Below are positions 1-14,299 of a DNA stretch of 64,000 bases, in pieces (positions within the stretch are counted from its first letter, which is position 1; every line of letters begins with the position of its first letter). A model generated the notes under the pieces. It was not told the DNA's origin, searched no databases, and worked only from the letters and a program-made list of their open reading frames with translations. The position numbers and the translations under genes were made by a program. The stretch is from Eledone cirrhosa (lineage: Eukaryota), in NCBI GenBank assembly GCA_964016885.1, contig OZ024741.1:403372001-403436000 (forward strand). Direction: 5' to 3'.

Positions 1-3000
1 TATCTTTAACCCAGGTAGGGACTATTATCTTTAACCCAGGTAGGGACTACTATCTTTAACCCAGGTAGTGACTACTATCTTTAACCCAGGTAGTGACTAC
101 TATCTTTAACCCAGGTAGGGACTACTATCTTTAACCCAGGTAATGACTACTATCTTTAACCCAGGTAGGGACTACTATCTTTAACCCAGGTAGGGACTAC
201 TATCTTTAACCCAGGTAGGGACTACTATCTTTAACCCAGGTAGGGACTACTATCTTTAACCCAGGTAGGGACTACTATCTTTAACCCAGGTAGGGACTAC
301 TATCTTTAACCCAGGTAGGGACTACTATCTTTAACCCAGGTAGGGACTACTACCTTTAACCCAGGTAGGGACTACTATCTTTAACCCAAGTAGGGACTAC
401 TATCTTTAACCCAGGTAGGGACTACTACCTTTAACCCAGGTAGGGACTTCTATCTTTAACCCAGGTAGTGACTACTATCTTTAACCCTGGTAGTGACTAT
501 TATCTTTAACCCAGGTAGGGACTACTATCTTTAACCCTGGTAGTGACTATTATCTTTAACCCAGGTAGGGACTACTATCTTTAACCCAGGTAGTGACTAC
601 TATGTTTAACCCAGGTAGTGACTACTATCTTTAACCCTGGTAGTGACTATTATCTTTAACCCAGGTAGGGACTACTATCTTTAACCCAGGTAGGGACTAC
701 TATCTTTAACCCAAGTAGGGACTACTATCTTTAACCCAGGTAGGGACTACTACCTTTAACCCAGGTAGTGACTACTATCTTTAACCCAGGTAGGGACTAC
801 TATCTTTAACCCAGGTAGTGACTACTATCTTTAACCCAGGTAGTGACTACTATCTTTAACCCAGGTAGGGACTACTATCTTTAACCCAGGTAGGGACTAC
901 TATCTTTAACCCAGGTATCGACTACTATCTTTAACCCAGGTAGTGACTACTATCTTTAACCCAAGTAGTGACTACTATCTTTAACCCAGGTAGTGACTAC
1001 TATCTTTAACCCAGGTAGTGACTACTATCTTTAACCCAGGTAGTGACTACTACCTTTAACCCAGGTAGGGACTACTATCTTTAACCCAGGTATCGACTAC
1101 TATCTTTAACCCAGGTAGTGACTACTATCTTTAACCCAAGTAGTGACTACTATCTTTAACCCAGGTAGTGACTACTATCTTTAACCCAGGTAGTGACTAC
1201 TATCTTTAACCCAGGTAGTGACTACTACCTTTAACCCAGGTAGTGACTACTATCTTTAACCCAGGTAGGGACTACTATCTTTAACCCAGGTAGGGACTAC
1301 TATCTTTAACCAAGGTAGGGATTTCTATCTTTAACCCAGGTAGTGACTACTATATTTAACCCAGATAGTGACTACTATCTTTAACCCAGGTAGTGACTAC
1401 TACCTTTAACCCAGGTAGTGACTACTATCTTTAACCCAGGTAGGGACTACTATCTTTAACCCAGGTAGGGACTACTATCTTTAACCCAGGTAGGGACTAC
1501 TATCTTTAACCCAGGTAGTGACTACTATCTTTAACCCAGGTATCGACTACTATCTTTAACCCAGGTAGGGACTACTATCTTTAACCCAGGTAGGGACTAC
1601 TATCTTTAACCCAGGTAGTGACTACTATCTTTAACCCAGGTAGGGACTACTATCTTTAACCCAGGTAGGGACTACTATCTTTAACCCAGGTATCGACTAC
1701 TATCTTTAACCCAGGTAGGGACTACTATCTTTAACCCAGGTAGGGACTACTATCTTTAACCCAGGTAGGGACTACTATCTTTAACCCAGGTAGGGACTAC
1801 TATCTTTAACCAAGGTAGGGATTTCTATCTTTAACCCAGGTAGTGACTACTATCTTTAACCCAGGTAGTGACTACTATCTTTAACCCAGGTAGTGACTAC
1901 TACCTTTAACCCAGGTAGTGACTACTATCTTTAACCCAGGTAGGGACTACTATCTTTAACCCAGGTAGGGACTACTATCTTTAACCAAGGTAGGGATTTC
2001 TATCTTTAACCCAGGTAGTGACTACTATCTTTAACCCAGATAGTGACTACTATCTTTAACCCAGGTAGTGACTACTACCTTTAACCCAGGTAGTGACTAC
2101 TATCTTTAACCCAGGTAGGGACTACTATCTTTAACCCAGGTAGGGTCTACTATCTTTAACCCAGGTAGGGACTACTATCTTTAACCCAGGTAGTGACTAC
2201 TATCTTTAACCCAGGTATCGACTACTATCTTTAACCCAGGTAGGGACTACTATCTTTAACCCAGGTAGGGACTACTATCTTTAACCCAGGTAGTTACTAC
2301 TATCTTTAACCCAGGTAGGGACTACTATCTTTAACCCAGGTAGGGACTACTATCTTTAACCCAGGTATCGACTACTATCTTTAACCCAGGTAGTGACTAC
2401 TATCTTTAACCCAAGTAGTGACTACTATCTTTAACCCAGGTAGTGACTACTATCTTTAACCCAGGTAGGGACTACTATCTTTAACCCAGGTAGGGACTAC
2501 TATCTTTAACCCAGGTAGGGACTACTATCTTTAACCCAGGTAGTGACTACTATCTTTAACCCAGGTAGGGACTACTATCTTTAACCCAGGTAGGGACTAC
2601 CATCTTTAACCCAGGTAGGGACTACTATCTTTAACCCTGGTAGTGACTACTATCTTTAACCCAGGTAGGGACTACTATCTTTAACCCAGGTAGGGACTAC
2701 TATCTTTAACCCAGGTAGGGACTACTATCTTTAACCCTGGTAGTGACTACTATCTTTAACCCTGGTAGTGACTACTATCTTTAACCCTGGTAGTGACTTC
2801 TAACTTTAACCCAGGTAGGGACTACTATCTTTAACCCAGGTAGGGACTACTATCTTTAACCCAGGTAGGGACTACTATCTTTAACCCAAGTAGTGACTAT
2901 TATCTTTAACCCAGGTAGGGACTACTATATTTAACCCAGGAAGGGACTACTATCTTTAACCCAGGTAGTGACTACTATCTTTAACCCAGGTAGGGACTAC

Positions 3001-6000
3001 TATCTTTAACCCAGGTAGGGACTAATATCTTTAACCCAGGTAGTGACTACTATATTTAACCCAGGTAGGGACTACTATCTTTAACCCAAGTAGTGGCTAC
3101 TACCTTTAACCCAGGTAGTGGCTACTATCTTTAACCCAAGTAGTGACTACTATCTTTAACCCAGGTAGTGACTACTATCTTTAACCCAGGTAGGGACTAC
3201 TATCTTTAACCCAGGTAGTGACTACTATCTTTAACCCAGGTAGGGACTAATACCTTTAACCCAGGTAGTGACTACTACCTTTAACCCAGGTAGTGACTAC
3301 TACCTTTAACCCAGGTATCGACTACTATCTTTAACCCAGGTAGGGACTACTACCTTTAACCCAGGTAGGGACTACTACCTTTAACCCAGGTAGGGACTAC
3401 TATCTTTAACCCAGGTAGGGACTACTATCTTTAACCCAGGTAGGGACTACTATCTTTAACCCTGGTAGTGACTACTATCTTTAACCCTGGTAGTGACTAC
3501 TATCTTTAACCCTGGTAGTGACTTCTAACTTTAACCCAGGTAGGGACTACTATCTTTAACCCAGGTAGGGACTACTATCTTTAACCCAGGTAGGGACTAC
3601 TATCTTTAACCCAAGTAGTGACTATTATCTTTAACCCAGGTAGGGACTACTATCTTTAACCCAGCAAGGGACTACTATCTTTAACCCAGGTAGTGACTAC
3701 TATCTTTAACCCAGGTAGGGACTACTATCTTTAACCCAGGTAGGGACTAATATCTTTAACCCAGGTAGTGACTACTACCTTTAACCCAGGTAGGGACTAC
3801 TATCTTTAACCCAGGTAGGGACTACTATCTTTAACCCAAGTAGTGGCTACTACCTTTAACCCAGGTAGTGGCTACTATCTTTAACCCAAGTAGTGACTAC
3901 TATCTTTAACCCAGGTAGTGACTACTATCTTTAACCCAGGTAGGGACTACTATCTTTAACCCAGGTAGTGACTACTATCTTTAACCCAGGTAGGGACTAA
4001 TACCTTTAACCCAGGTAGTGACTACTACCTTTAACCCAGGTAGTGACTACTACCTTTAACCCAGGTATCGACTACTATCTTTAACCCAGGTAGGGACTAC
4101 TACCTTTAACCCAGGTAGGGACTACTACCTTTAACCCAGGTAGGGACTACTATCTTTAACCCAGGTAGGGACTACTATCTTTAACCCAGGTAGGGACTAC
4201 TATCTTTAACCCAGGTATCGACTACTATGTTTAACCCAGGTAGTGACTACTATCTTTAACCCAGGTATCGACTACTATCTTTAACCCAGGTAGGGACTAC
4301 TATCTTTAACCCAGGTAGGGACTACTATCTTTAACCCAGGTAGTGACTACTATCTTTAACCCAGGTAGTGACTACTATCTTTAACCCAGGTAGGGACTAC
4401 TACCTTTAACCCAGGTAGTGACTACTATATTTCACCCAGGTAGGGACTACTATCTTTAACCAAGGTAGTGACTACTATCTTTAACCCAGGTAGTGACTAC
4501 TATCTTTAACCCAGGGTAGTGACTACTATCTTTAACCCAGGTAGTGGCTACTATCTTTAACCCAGGTAGTGACTACTATATTTCACCCAGGTAGTGACTT
4601 CTATCTTTAACCCAGGTAGTGACTACTATCTTTAACCCAGGTAGGGACTACTATCTTTAACCCAAGTAGGGACTACTATCTTTAACCCAGGTAGTGACTA
4701 CTATCTTTAACCCAAGTAGGGACTACTATCTTTAACCCAGGTAGGGACTACTACCTTTAACCCAGGTAGGGACTACTATCTTTAACCCAGGTAGGGACTA
4801 CTATCTTTAATCCAGGTAGGGACTACTATCTTTAACCCAGGTAGGGACTACTATCTTTAACCCAGGTAGGGACTTCTATCTTTAACCCAGGTAGGGACTA
4901 TCTTTAACCCAGGTAGTGACTACTATCTTTAACCCAGGTAGTGACTACTATCTTTAACCCAGGTAGGGACTATTATCTTTAACCCAGGTAGGGACTACTA
5001 TCTTTAACCCAGGTAGTGACTACTATCTTTAACCCAGGTAGTGACTACTATCTTTAACCCAGGTAGGGACTACTATCTTTAACCCAGGTAATGACTACTA
5101 TCTTTAACCCAGGTAGGGACTACTATCTTTAACCCAGGTAGGGACTACTATCTTTAACCCAGGTAGGGACTACTATCTTTAACCCAGGTAGGGACTACTA
5201 TCTTTAACCCAGGTAGGGACTACTATCTTTAACCCAGGTAGGGACTACTATCTTTAACCCAGGTAGGGACTACTACCTTTAACCCAGGTAGGGACTACTA
5301 TCTTTAACCCAAGTAGGGACTACTATCTTTAACCCAGGTAGGGACTACTACCTTTAACCCAGGTAGGGACTTCTATCTTTAACCCAGGTAGTGACTACTA
5401 TCTTTAACCCTGGTAGTGACTATTATCTTTAACCCAGGTAGGGACTACTATCTTTAACCCTGGTAGTGACTATTATCTTTAACCCAGGTAGGGACTACTA
5501 TCTTTAACCCAGGTAGTGACTACTATCTTTAACCCAGGTAGTGACTACTATCTTTAACCCTGGTAGTGACTATTATCTTTAACCCAGGTAGGGACTACTA
5601 TCTTTAACCCAGGTAGGGACTACTATCTTTAACCCAAGTAGGGACTACTATCTTTAACCCAGGTAGGGACTACTACCTTTAACCCAGGTAGTGACTACTA
5701 TCTTTAACCCAGGTAGGGACTACTATCTTTAACCCAGGTAGTGACTACTATCTTTAACCCAGGTAGTGACTACTATCTTTAACCCAGGTAGGGACTACTA
5801 TCTTTAACCCAGGTAGGGACTACTATCTTTAACCCAGGTATCGACTACTATCTTTAACCCAGGTAGTGACTACTATCTTTAACCCAAGTAGTGACTACTA
5901 TCTTTAACCCAGGTAGTGACTACTATCTTTAACCCAGGTAGTGACTACTATCTTTAACCCAGGTAGTGACTACTACCTTTAACCCAGGTAGTGACTACTA

Positions 6001-7620
6001 TCTTTAACCCAGGTAGGGACTACTATCTTTAACCCAGGTAGGGACTACTATCTTTAACCAAGGTAGGGATTTCTATCTTTAACCCAGGTAGTGACTACTA
6101 TCTTTAACCCAGATAGTGACTACTATCTTTAACCCAGGTAGTGACTACTACCTTTAACCCAGGTAGTGACTACTATATTTAACCCAGGTAGGGACTACTA
6201 TCTTTAACCCAGGTAGGGACTACTATCTTTAACCCAGGTAGGGACTACTATCTTTAACCCAGGTAGTGACTACTATCTTTAACCCAGGTATCGACTACTA
6301 TCTTTAACCCAGGTAGGGACTACTATCTTTAACCCAGGTAGGGACTACTATCTTTAACCCAGGTAGTGACTACTATCTTTAACCCAGGTAGGGACTACTA
6401 TCTTTAACCCAGGTAGGGACTACTATCTTTAACCCAGGTATCGACTACTATCTTTAACCCAGGTAGGGACTACTATCTTTAACCCAGGTAGGGACTACTA
6501 TCTTTAACCCAGGTAGGGACTACTATCTTTAACCCAGGTAGGGACTACTATCTTTAACCAAGGTAGGGATTTCTATCTTTAACCCAGGTAGTGACTACTA
6601 TCTTTAACCCAGGTAGTGACTACTATCTTTAACCCAGGTAGTGACTACTACCTTTAACCCAGGTAGTGACTACTATCTTTAACCCAGGTAGGGACTACTA
6701 TCTTTAACCCAGGTAGGGACTACTATCTTTAACCAAGGTAGGGATTTCTATCTTTAACCCAGGTAGTGACTACTATCTTTAACCCAGATAGTGACTACTA
6801 TCTTTAACCCAGGTAGTGACTACTACCTTTAACCCAGGTAGTGACTACTATCTTTAACCCAGGTAGGGACTACTATCTTTAACCCAGGTAGGGTCTACTA
6901 TCTTTAACCCAGGTAGGGACTACTATCTTTAACCCAGGTAGTGACTACTATCTTTAACCCAGGTATCGACTACTATCTTTAACCCAGGTAGGGACTACTA
7001 TCTTTAACCCAGGTAGGGACTACTATCTTTAACCCAGGTAGTTACTACTATCTTTAACCCAGGTAGGGACTACTATCTTTAACCCAGGTAGGGACTACTA
7101 TCTTTAACCCAGGTATCGACTACTATCTTTAACCCAGGTAGTGACTACTATCTTTAACCCAAGTAGTGACTACTATCTTTAACCCAGGTAGTGACTACTA
7201 TCTTTAACCCAGGTAGGGACTACTATCTTTAACCCAGGTAGGGACTACTATCTTTAACCCAGGTAGGGACTACTATCTTTAACCCAGGTAGTGACTACTA
7301 TCTTTAACCCAGGTAGGGACTACTATCTTTAACCCAGGTAGGGACTACCATCTTTAACCCAGGTAGGGACTACTATCTTTAACCCTGGTAGTGACTACTA
7401 TCTTTAACCCAGGTAGGGACTACTATCTTTAACCCAGGTAGGGACTACTATCTTTAACCCAGGTAGGGACTACTATCTTTAACCCTGGTAGTGACTACTA
7501 TCTTTAACCCTGGTAGTGACTAATATCTTTAACCCTGGTAGTGACTTCTAACTTTAACCCAGGTAGGGACTACTATCTTTAACCCAGGTAGGGACTACTA
7601 TCTTTAACCCAGGTAGGGAC
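1..7620. repeat. Higher-order duplication: about 1-2870 repeated at about 4950-7620
   Basis: Rare landmarks occur in the same order: TAATGAC 141/5089 (offset 4948), TAGGGTCTAC 2141/6889 and TAGTTAC 2291/7039 (offset 4748), plus ACCATC and TTCTAACT variants. The 200-bp change in offset equals 8 units missing from the second copy. Confidence 0.9.
2640..4200. repeat. Tandem duplication of about 725-750 bp (29-30 monomers)
   Basis: TTCTAACT at 2798 and 3523. The AAGGG variant is at 2941 (GGAAGGG) and 3666 (GCAAGGG). ACTAAT and GTGGCT variants follow in the same order in both copies. Confidence 0.85.
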
Positions 7621-7779
7621 TACTACCTTTAACCCAGGTAGGGACTACTATCTTTAACCCAGGTAGTGACTACTATCTTTAACCCAGGTAGTGACTACTA
7701 TCTTTAACCCAGGTAGTGACTACTATCTTTAACCCAGGTAGTGACTACTATCTTTAACCAGGTAGTGACTACTATCTTT

Positions 7780-10700
7780 AACCCAGGTAGTGACTACTAT
7801 CTTTAACCCAGATAGTGACTACTACCTTTAACCCAGGTAGTGGCTACTATCTTTAACCCAGGTAGTGACTACTATATTTCACCCAGGTAGGGACTACTAT
7901 CTTTAACCCAGGTAGTGGCTACTATCTTTAACCCAGGTAGGGACTACTATCTTTAACCCAGGTAGTGACTACTATCTTTAACCCAGGTAGTGACTACTAT
8001 CTTTAACCCAGGTAGGGACTACTACCTTTAACCCAGGTAGTGACTACTATATTTCACCCAGGTAGGGACTACTATCTTTAACCAAGGTAGTGACTACTAT
8101 CTTTAACCCAGGTAGTGACTACTATCTTTAACCCAGGGTAGTGACTACTATCTTTAACCCAGGTAGTGGCTACTATCTTTAACCCAGGTAGTGACTACTA
8201 TATTTCACCCAGGTAGTGACTTCTATCTTTAACCCAGGTAGTAACTACTATCTTTAACCCAGGTAGGGACTACTATCTTTAACCCAAGTAGGGACTACTA
8301 TCTTTAACCCAGGTAGTGACTACTATCTTTAACCCAAGTAGGGACTACTATCTTTAACCCAGGTAGGGACTACTACCTTTAACCCAGGTAGGGACTACTA
8401 TCTTTAACCCAGGTATGGACTACTATCTTTAATCCAGGTAGGGACTACTATCTTTAACCCAGGTAGGGACTACTATCTTTAACCCAGGTAGGGACTTCTA
8501 TCTTTAACCCAGGTAGGGACTATCTTTAACCCAGGTAGTGACTACTATCTTTAACCCAGGTAGTGACTGCTATCTTTAACCCAGGTAGGGACTATTATCT
8601 TTAACCCAGGTAGGGACTACTATCTTTAACCCAGGTAGTGACTACTATCTTTAACCCAGGTAGTGACTACTATCTTTAACCCAGGTAGGGACTACTATCT
8701 TTAACCCAGGTAATGACTACTATCTTTAACCCAGGTAGGGACTACTATCTTTAACCCAGGTAGGGACTACTATCTTTAACCCAGGTAGGGACTACTATCT
8801 TTAACCCAGGTAAGGACTACTATCTTTAACCCAGGTAGGGACTACTATCTTTAACCCAGGTAGGGACTACTATCTTTAACCCAGGTAGTGACTACTATCT
8901 TTAACCCAGGTAGTGACTACTATCTTTAACCCTGGTAGTGACTATTATCTTTAACCCAGGTAGGGACTACTATCTTTAACCCAGGTAGGGACTACTATCT
9001 TTAACCCAAGTAGGGACTACTATCTTTAACCCAGGTAGGGACTACTACCTTTAACCCAGGTAGTGACTACTATCTTTAACCCAGGTAGGGACTACTATCT
9101 TTAACCCAGGTAGTGACTACTATCTTTAACCCAGGTAGTGACTACTATCTTTAACCCAGGTAGGGACTACTATCTTTAACCCAGGTAGGGACTACTATCT
9201 TTAACCCAGGTAGGGACTTCTATCTTTAACCCAGGTAGGGACTATCTTTAACCCAGGTAGTGACTACTATCTTTAACCCAAGTAGGGACTACTATCTTTA
9301 ACCCAGGTAGTGACTACTATCTTTAACCCAGGTAGTGACTGTCTTTAACCCAGGTAGTGACTACTATCTTTAACCCAGGGTAGTGACTACTATCTTTAAC
9401 CCAGGTAGGGACTACTATCTTTAACCCAGGTAGGGACTACTATCTTTAACCCAGGTAGTGACTACTATATTTCACCCAGGTAGTGACTACTATCTTTAAC
9501 CCAGGTAGGGACTACTATCTTTAACCCAGGTAGTGACTACTATCTTTAACCCAGGTAGTGACTACTATCTTTAACCCAGGGTAGTGACTTCTATCTTTAA
9601 CCCAGGTAGTGACTACTATCTTTAACCCAGGTAGTGACTACTATCTTTAACCCAGGTAGGGACTACTATCTTTAACCCAGGTAGTGACTACTATTTTTAA
9701 CCCAGGTAGTGACTATCTTTAACCCAGGTAGGGACTACTATCTTTAACCCAGGTAGGGACTACTATCTTTAACCCAGGTAGGGACTATCTTTAACCCAGG
9801 TAGTGACTACTATCTTTAACCCAGGGTAGTGACTACTATCTTTAACCCAGGTAGTGACTACTATCTTTAACCCAGATAGGGACTACTATCTTTAACCCAG
9901 GTAGGGACTACTATCTTTAACCCTGGTAGTGACTACTATCTTTAACCCAGGTAGTGACTATCTTTAACCCAGGTAGTGACTACTATCTTTAACCCAGGTA
10001 GTGACTATCTTTAACCCAGGTAGGGACTACTATCTTTAACCCAAGTAGTGACTACTATCTTTAACCCAGGTAGTGACTACTATCTTTAACCCTGGTAGTG
10101 ACTACTATCTTTAACCCAGGTAGTGACTACTATCTTTAACCCAGGTAGTGACTATCTTTAACCCAGGTAGGGACTACTATCTTTAACCCTGGTAGTGACT
10201 ACTATCTTTAACCCAGGTAGTGACTACTATCTTTAACCCAGGTAGTGACTACTATCTTTAACCCAGGTAGGGACTACTATCTTTAACCCAAGTAGTGACT
10301 ACTATCTTTAACCCAGGTAGTGACTACTATCTTTAACCCAGGTATCGACTACTATCTTTAACCCAGGTAGTGACTACTACCTTTAACCCAGGTAGTGACT
10401 ACTATCTTTAACCCAGGTAGTGACTACTATCTTTAACCCAGGTAGGGACTACTATCTTTAACCCAGATAGTGACTACTACCTTTAACCCAGGTAGTGGCT
10501 ACTATCTTTAACCCAGGTAGTGACTACTATATTTCACCCAGGTAGGGACTACTATCTTTAACCCAGGTAGTGACTACTATCTTTAACCCAGGTAGGGACT
10601 ACTACCTTTAACCCAGGTAGGGACTTCTATCTTTAACCCAGGTAGGGACTACTATCTTTAACCCAGGTAGGGACTACTATCTTTAACCCAGGTAGTGACT

Positions 10701-12930
10701 ACTATATTTCACCCAGGTAGGGACTACTATCTTTAACCAAGGTAGTGACTACTATCTTTAACCCAGGTAGTGACTACTATCTTTAACCCAGGGTAGTGAC
10801 TACTATCTTTAACCCAGGTAGTGGCTACTATCTTTAACCCAGGTAGTGACTACTATATTTCACACAGGTAGTGACTTCTATCTTTAAGCCAGGTAGTGAC
10901 TACTATCTTTAACCCAGGTAGGGACTACTATCTTTAACCCAGGTAGGGACTACTATCTTTAACCCAGGTAGTGACTACTATCTTTAACCCAGGTAGTGAC
11001 TACTATCTTTAACCCAGGTAGGGACTACTATCTTTAACCCAAGTAGGGACTACTATCTTTAACCCAGGTAGTGACTACTATCTTTAACCCAAGTAGGGAC
11101 TACTATCTTTAACCCAGGTAGGGACTACTACCTTTAACCCAGGTAGGGACTACTATCTTTAACCCAGGTAGGGACTACTATCTTTAATCCAGGTAGGGAC
11201 TACTATCTTTAACCCAGGTAGGGACTACTATCTTTAACCCAGGTAGGGACTTCTATCTTTAACCCAGGTAGGGACTATCTTTAACCCAGCTAGTGACTAC
11301 TATCTTTAACCCAGGTAGTGACTACTATCTTTAACCCAGGTAGGGACTATTATCTTTAACCCAGGTAGGGACTACTATCTTTAACCCAGGTAGTGACTAC
11401 TATCTTTAACCCAGGTAGTGACTACTATCTTTAACCCAGGTAGGGACTACTATCTTTAACCCAGGTAATGACTACTATCTTTAACCCAGGTAGGGACTAC
11501 TATCTTTAACCCAGGTAGGGACTACTATCTTTAACCCAAGTAGGGACTACTATCTTTAACCCAGGTAGGGACTACTACCTTTAACCCAGGTAGGGACTTC
11601 TATCTTTAACCCAGGTAGGGACTATTATCTTTAACCCAGGTAGGGACTACTATCTTTAACCCAGGTAGGGACTACTATCTTTAACCCAAGTAGGGACTAC
11701 TATCTTTAACCCAGGTAGGGACTACTACCTTTAACCCAGGTAGTGACTACTATCTTTAACCCAGGTAGGGACTACTATCTTTAACCCAGGTAGTGACTAC
11801 TATCTTTAACCCAGGTAGTGACTACTATCTTTAACCCAGGTAGGGACTACTATCTTTAACCCAGGTAGGGACTACTATCTTTAACCCAGGTAGGGACTTC
11901 TATCTTTAACCCAGGTAGGGACTATCTTTAAACCAGGTAGTGACTACTATCTTTAACCCAAGTAGGGACTACTATCTTTAACCCAGGTAGTGACTACTAT
12001 CTTTAACCCAGGTAGTGACTGTCTTTAACCCAGGTAGTGACTACTATCTTTAACCCAGGGTAGTGACTACTATCTTTAACCCAGGTAGGGACTACTATCT
12101 TTAACCCAGGTAGGGACTACTATCTTTAACCCAGGTAGTGACTACTATATTTCACCCAGGTAGTGACTACTATCTTTAACCCAGGTAGGGACTACTATCT
12201 TTAACCCAGGTAGTGACTACTATCTTTAACCCAGGTAGTGACTACTATCTTTAACCCAGGGTAGTGACTTCTATCTTTAACCCAGGTAGTGACTACTATC
12301 TTTAACCCAGGTAGTGACTACTATCTTTAACCCAGGTAGGGACTACTATCTTTAACCCAGGTAGTGACTACTATTTTTAACCCAGGTAGTGACTATCTTT
12401 AACCCAGGTAGGGACTACTATCTTTAACCCAGGTAGGGACTACTATCTTTAACCCAGGTAGGGACTATCTTTAACCCAGGTAGTGACTACTATCTTTAAC
12501 CCAGGGTAGTGACTACTATCTTTAACCCAGGTAGTGACTACTATCTTTAACCCAGGTAGGGACTACTATCTTTAACCCAGGTAGGGACTACTATCTTTAA
12601 CCCTGGTAGTGACTACTATCTTTAACCCAGGTAGTGACTATCTTTAACCCAGGTAGTGACTACTATCTTTAACCCAGGTAGTGACTATCTTTAACCCAGG
12701 TAGGGACTACTATCTTTAACCCAAGTAGTGACTACTATCTTTAACCCAGGTAGTGACTACTATCTTTAACCCTGGTAGTGACTACTATCTTTAACCCAGG
12801 TAGTGACTACTATCTTTAACCCAGGTAGTGACTATCTTTAACCCAGGTAGGGACTACTATCTTTAACCCTGGTAGTGACTACTATCTTTAACCCAGGTAG
12901 TGACTACTATCTTTAACCCAGGTAGTGACT
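7780..12930. repeat. Tandem duplication with offset about 2.68-2.76 kb, rich in indel units
   Basis: The 22-bp GACTGTC unit has its G at 9341 and 12021. CTATTTTTAA is at 9691 and 12371 (offset 2680). TAATGAC is at 8711 and 11466 (offset 2755). The series of +G and -CTA units matches between copies. Confidence 0.88.
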
Positions 12931-14299
12931 ACTATCTTTAACCCAGGTACGGACTACTATCTTTAACCCAGGTAGGGACTACTATCTTTAACCCAGGTAG
13001 GGACTACTATCTTTAACCCACGTAGTGACTACTATCTTTAACCCAGGTAGTAACTACTATCTTTAACCCAGGTAGTGACTACTATCTTTAACCCAGGTAG
13101 TGACTACTATCTTTAACCCAGGTAGGGACTACTATCTTTAACCCAGGTAGGGACTACTATATTTAACCCAGGTAGTGACTACTATCTTTAACCCAGGTAG
13201 TGACTACTATCTTTAACCCAGGGTAGTGACTACTATCTTTAAAACAGGGTAGTGACTACTATCTTTAACCCAGGTAGTGACTACTATCATTAACCCAGGT
13301 AGGGACTACTATCTTTAACCCAGGTAGGGACTACTATCTTTAACCCAGGTATCGACTACTATCTTTAACCCAGGTAGGGACTACTATCTTTAACCCAGGT
13401 AGGGACTACTATCTTTAACCCAGGTAGGGACTACTATCTTTAACCCAGGTATCGACTACTATCTTTAACCCAGGTAGGGACTACTATCTTTAACCCTGGT
13501 AGTGACTACTATCTTTAACCCAGGTAGGGACTACTATCTTTAACCCAGGTAGGGACTACTATCTTTAACCCAGGTAGTGACTACTATCTTTAACCCAGGT
13601 AGTGACTACTATCTTTAACCCAGGTAGGGACTACTATCTTTAACCCAGGTATCGACTACTATCTTTAACCCAGGTAGTGACTACTATCTTTAACCCAGGT
13701 AGTGACTACTATCTTTAACCCAGGTAGTGACTACTATCTTTAACCCAGGTAGGGACTACTATCTTTAACCCAGGGTAGTGACTACTATCTTTAAAACAGG
13801 GTAGTGACTACTATCTTTAACCCAGGTAGGGACTACTATCTTTAACCCAGGTATCGACTACTATCTTTAAAACAGGGTAGTGACTACTATCTTTAACCCA
13901 GGTAGTGACTACTATCTTTAACCCAGGTAGTGACTACTATCTTTAACCCAGGTAGTGACTACTATCTTTAACCCAGGGTAGTGACTACTATCTTTAAAAC
14001 AGGGTAGTGACTACTATCTTTAACCAAGGTAGGGACTACTATCTTTAACCCAGGTAGGGACTACTATCTTTAAAACAGGGTAGTGACTTCTATCTTTAAC
14101 CCAGGTAGGGACTACTATCTTTAACCCAGGTAGGGACTACTATCTTTAACCCAGGTAGGGACTACTATCTTTAACCCAGGTAGGGACTACTATCTTTAAC
14201 CCAGGTATCGACTACTATCTTTAACCCAGGTATCGACTACTATCTTTAACCCAGGTAGGGACTACTATCTTTAACCCTGGTAGTGACTACTATCTTTAA

